64,000 nt of DNA from Octopus vulgaris (Eukaryota): the NCBI GenBank assembly GCA_951406725.2, contig OX597817.1, forward strand, positions 132,928,001 through 132,992,000, in the 5' to 3' direction. The translations under genes and the position numbers were made by a program. Positions 53,172 through 64,000 of the stretch are shown here, in pieces. The notes under the pieces are model-generated. The model was given only the letters and a program-made list of their open reading frames with translations, made no database searches and was not told the DNA's origin. Numbering within the stretch: position 1 is the first letter of the stretch; each line of letters begins with the position of its first letter.

Positions 53172-53223
<52 letters not shown>

Positions 53224-53235
53224 CACATATATATA

Positions 53236-53330
53236 TTCTTTCCTTCTTTCTTGAGCGTCCAATATTACTACATTTATTCAACGTCCTCGCGTTGTGTTTT
53301 CTCTGTGTTTTCATGTTTGAATTAACTATA
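53236..53330 (+). mobile_element. Short PLE-type terminal fragment embedded in (TA)n
   Basis: TGAGCGTCCAATA.TACTACATTT.TTCAACGTCCTCGCGTTG; copies at 55385-55480 (-) and 59130-59230 (+). Confidence 0.55.
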
Positions 53331-53336
53331 TACATA

Positions 53337-53414
<78 letters not shown>

Positions 53415-53415
<1 letters not shown>

Positions 53416-53825
53416 GACTGTGTGGTAAGAAGCTTACTTACCAACCGCATGTTTCCGGGTTCAGTCCCACTGCATGGCACCTTGGGCAAGTGTCTTCTAC
53501 AATAGCCTCGGACCGACCAAAGCCTTGTGAGTGGATTTGGTAGATGGAAACTGGAAGAAGCCCGTCGTATATATATATTTATATATGCATACATATGTAT
53601 GTGTTTATTGTTTGTGTCAGTGTTTGTCCCACCACCATCACCATTGCATGTCACCCGATGTTGGTGTGTTTACGTTCTTGTCATCTAGGAGTTCGGCAAA
53701 AGGGACCGATTGAATAAGTACTAGGCTTACAAAGTATAAGTTTTAGGTTCAGTTTGTTCGACTTAAGGCGGCCCTCCAGCATGGCCGCAGTCAAATGAAT
53801 GAATCACGTAAAAAAATAAAAGAAT
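53415..53825 (+). mobile_element. SINE family A
   Basis: Head TGACTGTGTGGTAAGAAGCTT; tail CCAGCATGGCCGCAGTCAAATGA. Confidence 0.88.
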
Positions 53826-53984
53826 ATATATATATGAATACATATATATTTACATATGTATATACTTATGTATATGTGTATATGTGTGAGTGTGTGTTTG
53901 TGTATGTTTGTGTGTATGTGAGTGTTTGTGTGTGTTCACACAGAATATTAAGGTGTAATTCAGAAGACACATATCTTCCCTACT

Positions 53985-54366
53985 CCAGGCACAAGACCCG
54001 AACATTTTGGGGGGAGGGGGCCAGTGGATTAGATCGATCCAAGTACGCAACTCGTACTTCATTTATCGATACCCCGAAAGAATGAAAGGCAAAGTCGACC
54101 TCGGTGGAATTTGAACTCAGAACGTAAATACCTATTTCTTTACTACCCACAAGGGGCTAAACACAGAGGGGACAAACAAGGACAGACACACGGATTAAGT
54201 CGATTGCATCGACCCCAGTGCGTAACTGGTACTTCATTTATCGATCTCCCGAAAGAATGAAAGGCAAAGTCGACCTCGGCCGAATTTGAACTCAGAACGT
54301 AACGACAGACGAAATAGAGCCAAGTATTTCGCCCGGCGTGCTAACGGTTCTGCCAGCTCGCCGCCT
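53985..54366 (-). mobile_element. Two tandem SINE family B copies
   Basis: GAAAGGCAAAGTCGACCTCGG occurs twice; mirror of the dimer at 974-1401. Confidence 0.88.
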
Positions 54367-55005
54367 TTCAGAAGATATATATCGGATCTTTTGCCCCTGC
54401 CAGTAAATAACGTATAAATTACATGCTGCATTATCAGTGTGTATATAGTTCTATATAAACATACACTGTTACAACAGACATGTTGGATGTCAAGTTTGGT
54501 TTCAGAGGATTTTTATTGCTATTCGTATTGTAGTATAAATTGTTGTTTTAATATAGTTGTTAGTTTTGTTAATGGGACAATATTCAAGTGTTTTTAATTA
54601 ATTTCCCATATACTTTTAATTTGCCTGTAATTATTCGTTTTTCTTTCATGACTGATGGAGTTGTTGGTGTTGTTGTCCCCTAGTTGTTGTAATGGTATTC
54701 TTTGTTGTTGTTATTGTTGCTGCTGATGGTGCCGGTCAGTCACACATCACCACTGATTGCGTCGGCCTATAATCAAATGCAATCCAGCCGTAACGATCCC
54801 GCCTGTGTCCAGAATTAGTGCATTTTTGTATACGATTATTTGAGCGTGTCCACTTAGAGCACAGGTTTCCTCCGACCAATTTGTAACGGTACCCCAGCAT
54901 GGCCGCGTTCCGATGACTCAAACATGTACAAGTGTGACTGTGCGTATGCATACATAAAAATTCACACATGCATATGCAATACATACGTATACGTATGTCT
55001 GCACA

Positions 55006-55041
<36 letters not shown>

Positions 55042-55252
55042 TATACATATATATGAACATATAGGCGTGTATGTGGTATATATGTGTGTGTGTGCGCGCA
55101 TTTTGGGTATTCATGTAAATATATGTATGTGTGAATATCTATGTATATATACACACTTATTTATATATATATATATATATGTATATATATAAATGTTTAT
55201 ATTTATAGACATACTGTACATATATACTTATATATTTACATACACATGTATG

Positions 55253-55300
<48 letters not shown>

Positions 55301-55479
55301 TATATATATGTATATATACATATATACGTATATATATATATGTAAATATATATACATATATACGTATATATATATATATATATAAAGTTAATCCAAACAA
55401 GAAAACAAAAAAGACAACAACGCAAGGAGGTGGAACGAATAAAGTATTATTAGGCGCTCAGGAAAAAAGGGAAGAAGGA

Positions 55480-55520
<41 letters not shown>

Positions 55521-55523
55521 CAC

Positions 55524-55567
<44 letters not shown>

Positions 55568-55879
55568 GTGTATATATATATATATATATATACACGCGCA
55601 AAATCTTCCTTATATGTGAACATAAACCTGAAGGCTCTCATAAAGCTTAATGTTTTACAAGAAAAAAGTTGAGCATGACTTCGAAATTTGTTGTACTCAC
55701 GCACGTACACACACACTCTCTCTCACACACACACACACACACATGTATAGTTCAAATTTATGGCAAAACAAAAGACGAGGACAGGTGTAGCAACAACAAG
55801 CAGGTGTATTAGTTTGACGCTCGGGGAAATTAGGAAAGTCTTTTAAAATTCGAGCCTATATATACATGCATACGTATCA

Positions 55880-55966
<87 letters not shown>

Positions 55967-56098
55967 TGTATGTATATATATATATACACACACACACACA
56001 CAAACACACGCAAACACTCACACACAAAGTTACATACTTATGCCGGTGTAACAAAATGAAGATGGTGATGATGATGATGATGAGGTGGAGGAGGAGGC

Positions 56099-56200
<102 letters not shown>

Positions 56201-56631
56201 ATTTCTCTATTTGTGTCACGGGTGACTTTTCAAAGGATGTTTAAAAAGCAATAGAAAAATAAAACAAAATAAAAAAGAAAACCCAGACTATGAATGTTTC
56301 CGGATCATCGACTGCGATAAAACAAATCCGGAAAATTAAAGAAAAAGAAAGGAAAAAGGAAAAAGGAAAGAGGAAAAGAGAAACAATTTTTGCAAATTGC
56401 ATCGAAGGTGTGGCTGAGTGGGATTGAGTAGGGATTTAGATTACACATACCTCATATAAGGTATTAATTAATTAGGGGTTCGAATCCATATGGCTTTTAG
56501 GCATATAAGCACGTGCTTTAAGAGACAGATGTGATAGGTGCAGAAACCAGGATCTATGAAGACACACACACACACATGTATGTATTGTATATATATGTAT
56601 ATATATATATATATGTATATATATATGTATA

Positions 56632-56692
<61 letters not shown>

Positions 56693-56714
56693 GCTAGTTG
56701 TAAAATCTCAAGAA

Positions 56715-56786
<72 letters not shown>

Positions 56787-56834
56787 TAGAAAGACAGAGA
56801 GAAGAGAGACAGAAGGAGGGAGAGGGTATATAAA

Positions 56835-56976
<142 letters not shown>

Positions 56977-57196
56977 TGTTCTTGTTAGATATAACATAGG
57001 ACATCTTAGACTAATTCAGTTTTTATCAACCATTTTTTCTGTCTTTGGGCCACTTCGATTTCTGTTTTACCCTCGTTGAAAAATACTAGCCTCATCAATA
57101 TCTGATGATAACGTAATGGAAAAATTTATGGTAGAGGGATAATACCGTGAAAAATTGATGATTTTATGTGCATTGCTACATATATATATATATATA

Positions 57197-57227
<31 letters not shown>

Positions 57228-57250
57228 TCATATATACATATACATACATA

Positions 57251-57343
<93 letters not shown>

Positions 57344-57442
57344 ATGTATGTATGTATGTATATGTATATATGAATATATATATGTATATATGTAGACGAA
57401 AAATGAATATGGCAGAGGTATTTCTGTAATACGTTACTTATA

Positions 57443-57506
<64 letters not shown>

Positions 57507-57600
57507 CATACAACACATATACATATATATGTGTGTGTGTTTGTGTGAGTGCGTATGTATGTATACACCTACACAGACACATGCACATATACACACGGAC

Positions 57601-57731
<131 letters not shown>

Positions 57732-57852
57732 TGTGTGTGTGTCTGTATGTATGTATGTATATATACATGCAAATATAATGTGTATATACCTCTTAGTGTG
57801 TGAGTGTGCGCGTATCTGAACTTGTTTGAGTAAATATTTAAGAATCTATATA

Positions 57853-57945
57853 GGGCGCAGGAGTGGCTGCTTTCCAACCACATGGTTCCGGGTTCAGACC
57901 CACAGAGTGGATTTGGTAGACGGAAATTGAAAGAAGCCTGTTGTA
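57853..57945 (+). mobile_element. Internally deleted SINE A head
   Basis: GGCGCAGGAGTGGCTG..CCACATGGTTCCGGGTTCAG..GAGTGGATTTGGTAGACGG. Confidence 0.75.
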
Positions 57946-57953
57946 TTTGTATG

Positions 57954-57994
<41 letters not shown>

Positions 57995-58454
57995 ACGTAT
58001 TATATTTGTTTTCTTTTTATGGCATTTATGGACATATGTATGTGTGTGTGTTGATATATATATATATGTATGTATGTATGTGTATATATATATGCATATA
58101 TGTAGTATATGTGTATACATATATGTATATATGCATATATATACACACACACATACATATATATATATACACATATATAATAAAATGCTGCCTTAGTTCC
58201 TTATATATATATATGTGTGTGTATACAGACATTTATATATATATATATATACATCCATATGTATATATATGTATGTATGTATACATATACGTACATATAT
58301 GTGAATGTATGTGTAATAATGCATGCCTATTTATATGAATATATATATATGTATATGTATGTATATATATATACCCACACACACACATATATATATACAT
58401 ACATATATATGTATATATATGTGTGTATATATATAAATACATGCATATATATAT

Positions 58455-58527
<73 letters not shown>

Positions 58528-59230
58528 CACGTGCCCATCCACATAGTAATGTACAGCTGTTGGATAGAATAATGTACACAAAATGGCTTACAGTTAAGAT
58601 AGATATGTGATACTTTTCATCATTAAATTCTTTTGCTAATTTCAACTCGAGTGGTGTGACCATGCTGGAACTCCGCCGTTAGCCTTTCTACACTTTCATT
58701 ACTTAAGAACTGTGGCATTTGGCGAATGAGGGTGTTTTACTTTTTAAAATCTACTTTTGGGCTGACTCTAAATATACGCATTTGTGTTTCTATCTATGCA
58801 TCCAGGTAAGACTATATGTATATGGATGAATGCTTGAATAAATAGATACACATATTATTAGGGTTAGCAATAACAAATCAGTCATGGTACGTTCGTCTAA
58901 ATATCCATAGGTTATACATACAGATATTTATACATTCACTCATACGTACATATGCACATATACTTATGTATAATTCTTTGAAATTGTTTTCCTGTGAATG
59001 ATTATTGATATCTACCTCTATATGTATATGTATATATGCGTATATACGTGTGTATTTTAAAAAATATAGGAACAATTAGCACGTATGTATATATCTATTT
59101 ATGTCTGTGTATATATATATATATATAAACCCTCCTTCTTTCCTTCTTTCCTGAGCGTCCAATAATACTACATTTGTTCAACGTCCTCGCGTTGTTGTGT
59201 TTTTTTGTACTTTCTTGTTTGGATTAACTT

Positions 59231-59291
<61 letters not shown>

Positions 59292-59305
59292 TATATATGT
59301 ATATA

Positions 59306-59340
<35 letters not shown>

Positions 59341-59361
59341 CATACATATACATATATATAT

Positions 59362-59392
<31 letters not shown>

Positions 59393-60084
59393 CACAGACA
59401 TATATATAATATATATTTGCAAATAGTATGGAATTACCCCAGTGTGTTTAGTAGTTCGCTTCGAGTTAAGTGTTGAATATATATATGTACGTATCCATTT
59501 ATATATATATATATATATATATATAGATAGATAGATAGATAGATAGATAGAGCGAGAGAGAGAGAGAGAGAGATAAATTCGTACATTTATCACTCTACGG
59601 GTTGATGTAATCCAAAAACATATATATACATATATGCATACATACATATATGTATACATATATATAGATATATACATATACATACATATATATACATATA
59701 TTATATATGTATATATGTGTGTGTGTGTGCATATATACACACTCTCATGCACATGCATATATATATATATATATATAGTATCGAGATTGGAGTATTACTT
59801 GTAACATGCTACGAGACATTGTGCAGAATATAAATTATTGAAAGAAATGGGAAAAATACACCCATATATATCTTACATATTGTTACATTTCGTGAAATAC
59901 AACCGGTGAGTGTGTTTATTATTGGCATAATGGCCCACCCGAGTTACAACACATACGTCATCATACACTTGGTATTATCAGGTTTATACTCATGTCACCT
60001 GTCAAGAGATTGGAAAGTTCTTCCGCGTCTGCCTTCAGTATTTAGGCATTGCCATTCCACATGTTCGAGTTATTAGCTTTTTTT

Positions 60085-60313
60085 TTTTACTTGTTTTTAC
60101 AGTCATTACACTGCATCCATGCTAGGGCATTGCTTTGTAAAATTTTCGACATCTGTACATTTTTTTTTTTTTTTTTGTCGCTTAGTATTTATTAAGTCGG
60201 CCTCTTTGGCCGAAGCGCTAAGTTGAGTTGGGGTGAGGTGGGTGCTTAAACAAACCAACACCAACACCAATGAATGGTGGGTTGCACAGATACATAGACA
60301 CACGCACAAACAT

Positions 60314-60401
<88 letters not shown>

Positions 60402-60435
60402 ATATATATTTGCATATATATTTATAATGTATATG

Positions 60436-60481
<46 letters not shown>

Positions 60482-60490
60482 CATGTTTCT

Positions 60491-60527
<37 letters not shown>

Positions 60528-60724
60528 CATACACACACACACAAATATGTATGCATATACATACGACGGGCTTCTTTCATTTTCCCTCGACCAAATCCAC
60601 TCACAAGGCGTTGGGCGGCCCGAGGCTAGCGTAGAAAGCACTAGCCAAGGGGCCATACGGTGAGACTAAACCCGGAGCCTTGTGGCTGGAAAGCAAACCA
60701 TTTACCACAGTCAGGCTTGCGTCT
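60085..60724 (-). mobile_element. Decayed SINE family A with expanded internal microsatellite
   Basis: ACGACGGGCTTCTTTCA..CCAAATCCACTCACAAGGC; tail CAGTCATT. Confidence 0.75.
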
Positions 60725-60775
60725 GTTACGCTAGAATTGTAAAACTATGTTCTCTGTGCATGCAAGTGTGCCTGC

Positions 60776-60810
<35 letters not shown>

Positions 60811-60986
60811 TGCGTGTGTCTACATTTAACATATGTGCCTTTGTAGATGCCCTCAACCAAGTGTGTTAATATTTTCGTTTAAAGAATGGAGAACCTTTGT
60901 AATGTCTTACACATTTTAACTGTACCGATCACACACTCGTCGCACACACACACACATTCACACACACACACATATATATATATATG

Positions 60987-61058
<72 letters not shown>

Positions 61059-61384
61059 TGTATACATATACGCTTTTTCATCTATAATCAGCAGACGTTA
61101 CTGTGTAGCTCAAGGGCCGATAGTTTCGTGTGTTGGCGCTTACCAGCAGCGTGATACGTCCCATCGCTTGTTAAGTGTTCAACGCACGAAACTCTCGGTT
61201 CTTGAGTCACTCTGTAATTTCTGCCGATTATTAAAAAAAACAATCTGTGTATATGTGTATGTATATACGTACGCATGCATGTTTGTTAGGACGGACGGAC
61301 GGACAGATGGATCAATATACGTACGTAAGTATGTGTGTATGTATGTATGTATGTGTGTATGTATGTATGTTCTTCTCTTTCTCT

Positions 61385-61700
61385 TTCCAATTTAAAGTAA
61401 ATTTTGACCGGTCACCATCTTGGTAGCAAAGTTATGAAGGAACGCATTATGTTTTGTTCATAATCTTTAAATTCTAAGAGGATCTTGCAGATTTTCATAG
61501 GCCCGGATATTCTAATCATTTGTAGTGTATGATTTGAGGATTTGAATTCTCTCCCCAAGAACCCAAGTTCAGTCATACTTTGCTCCAGACGGGTCGATCA
61601 GCATCCTGCTGCTCCAATAATAGAAGGTATGAAGATGAAAGTGTATTTTGGTGACTGGATTTGCAAACTCCTTATTAAAGGTCCATAGCTGTTGTCTTTC
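61385..61700 (-). pseudogene. R4/Dong-like REL 3' fragment
   Basis: KDNSYGPLIRSLQIQSPKYTFIFIPSIIGAAG; flanked by (TATG)n. Confidence 0.68.
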
Positions 61701-62112
61701 ATTCACACTTTTCTATGTATGTATGTATGCATGTATGTATGTATGTATATATGTATGTATGTATGTATTGTCCTTACGTTCGAAACGCGGAGTAGATAAA
61801 ACAGGGGACAACTGATGAAGGGAATGTTCTTTATGTTCTTTATGTTCCTTGTCTCGTTTCTCATTTTGTTTACGCTGTTTTGAAGTCCTGTTTCCATATA
61901 TGCATTTATATGTACATATATGTATGTATATATGCATATATATATATATATATGCATATTATTTATATTATTATATGTATATTGGTGAATGTCTTTATTT
62001 GTTGTAATAATTTAGTCAGAAAGGAAAACACTACCTAGCACTCTACTCACGTATCTAAGGTTTTCCATTAAGAGTGAGAGTAAAAGCTTCACTCATATAT
62101 ATTATATATATA

Positions 62113-62166
<54 letters not shown>

Positions 62167-62640
62167 ATATACATATATGTGTTTATCAATGTGTGCTGCA
62201 AGATTCCTGGTATGAAATCGTGTATTGAAACAGGTATTGTTGTATTATTGTATTCAGGATGGTCATTTTTTTTTTCTTTTGCCAAATAAACACACGCGCT
62301 GTATATACGCTCTTCACTCGTTCATTACTGTTCTTGATTTAACTCATGTCCATTCTCCGGAAATCTTTTGTCACACATTTGTGACCTCCTCAGCGACACT
62401 TTTCATTTTCGTGTGTGTCACGAAAATAATATCTATTTCAACACACGCTTTCTCATCAGAAATTTTTTTGATATATAAATTGATACTCGAAAATCGGAGT
62501 AGGTAAAACAGTGAATAACTTATGCTGCCTGTCTCGTTTCTCTATATGTTTCTTACGTTGTCCGAAAAAAAGTTCGTTTTCCCTATTTTTGTTGTTTTAT
62601 GTTCTCGTTTTTCATTTTCATGTCCGGTAGCCATATACGC

Positions 62641-62710
<70 letters not shown>

Positions 62711-62714
<4 letters not shown>

Positions 62715-62926
62715 CGTTTTTGGGTTTGGTTTGCAAGATTCTTTATATGAGTTCGTGTGTTGAAGCATATTCTGTTGTGTCAGGGGAGAATCATTTTCTT
62801 TTTGTGACTTATTATGTAACACACTCACCAGTAAAATTTCCACGTTTTTCTTATTTATATTCTCCTAAAATTTTCGTTGCGTTTTGCAAACTTTTCAATA
62901 ATTTTGACTCTCCCCAGACACAACAG
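62711..62926 (-). mobile_element. PLE-type terminal-repeat fragment with U3-A8 HHR-like motif (62865-62901)
   Basis: UUA-UUGAAAA-G-UUUGC(AAAAC)GCAAC-GAAAA-UUU-UAG; abuts (TA)n. Confidence 0.55.
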
Positions 62927-63028
62927 ATTATATATACATACATGTAGGTATGTACATATATGTATGTATATATGCATATATATATTATTTATATTATTAT
63001 ATGATCGAAAGTCATTTCAAAATAAATT

Positions 63029-63064
<36 letters not shown>

Positions 63065-63641
63065 TATTTATATGTGTGTGTCTGTGTATAATACAAACAT
63101 AATATGTTTGTACACACGTATAATTATATCACAACAATGCATTTTTATTTACACGTTATATGCGTGTTTGTGTGTGTGTGTCTGTCTGTCTGTCTGCGTG
63201 TGTGTGTGTGTGTGTGCGTGCGTGTGTGTCTGTGTGTGCGCGTTGATAGATAGATAGATCGCAAAATAATGTTCGCTAAATTCTTTTCATATCCGAAACA
63301 ATATCAGTATTATAATTGTTGTTATTGCTGTTGTTGTAGATGTTGGTGGTATTATAAATAAATGGCGTAGGACTAGAGTAGACCTTGGTTCATTATTCAC
63401 TAATCAGCGTGACATCTATTTCTGTGAAGGCTCCACGCTGTAAACACGTAACTGAATCACAGGGTCAAGGGTCAGAGTTATGTATACGTACGTACACACA
63501 CCCACACAACCAAATATACAGATGTTGTTTGATGCCATAGCAATCCAGAAACTTCCGGAGAATGTGAAATAATTTGTTTTACAAATAATGGCATGTAAAT
63601 ATTGGGTTGAAAATCTTTTGAGTGTGTCTGTGTGTATGGGT

Positions 63642-63698
<57 letters not shown>

Positions 63699-63703
63699 GG
63701 TGC

Positions 63704-63781
63704 GGGCGTGGCTGTGAGGTAAGAAGCTTGCTTCCCAACCAGATGTTACCAGGGTCAGTCACACTGCATGGTACCTTGGGC

Positions 63782-63783
<2 letters not shown>
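63704..63783 (+). mobile_element. SINE A head fragment
   Basis: GTGGCTGTGAGGTAAGAAGCTTGCTTCCCAACC. Confidence 0.7.
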
Positions 63784-63824
<41 letters not shown>

Positions 63825-63938
63825 AATAGATAGATAGATAGATTGATAGATAGATAAATAGATATAGATATATACATACTTATATATAAATATATTCATA
63901 TATATATACATATATATACACACATATATATGCATATA

Positions 63939-63991
<53 letters not shown>

Positions 63992-64000
63992 TATATATAT

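Noticed and set aside
61769-61830. GAAACGCGGAGTA followed by CTGATGA, a possible type II hammerhead
   Set aside because: Stem I does not form and stem II would need 3 extra nucleotides; probably a repeat fragment with no supportable ribozyme

Overview
Eukaryotic, AT-rich, microsatellite-saturated DNA. The tRNA-derived SINE families resemble those of coleoid cephalopods, most likely Octopus (from recall, not a database hit). I find no intact protein-coding gene; almost all supplied ORFs are artefacts of (TA)n/(CA)n/(TATG)n repeats. The window looks like intergenic or intronic space, possibly upstream of a minus-strand gene starting at its left edge. Contents: about 30 SINE copies of at least 4 families; decayed LINEs (L1/Tx1-like ORF1 and EN-RT, a CR1/Jockey-like 3' end, four R4/Dong-like REL 3' ends); a Penelope-like (PLE) RT-GIY-YIG fragment; a full-length dead mariner and other Tc1/mariner fragments; hAT MITEs; Helitrons; several long fold-back palindromes. 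The most notable signal is a set of hammerhead-ribozyme (HHR) motifs on PLE-type terminal-repeat (pLTR) fragments, several with non-canonical cores (U3-A8, A6U, U4C). One is a complete TSD-flanked element (21483-21967) joining a tRNA-like Pol III head, an (AAT)n spacer, an HHR and an inverted tail: a candidate Penelope-mobilised ribozyme SINE (retrozyme-like). A second oddity is an unassigned 215-codon minus-strand frame interrupted only by TGA codons (9956-10603). All folds and alignments were done by eye; boundaries given for decayed elements are approximate.
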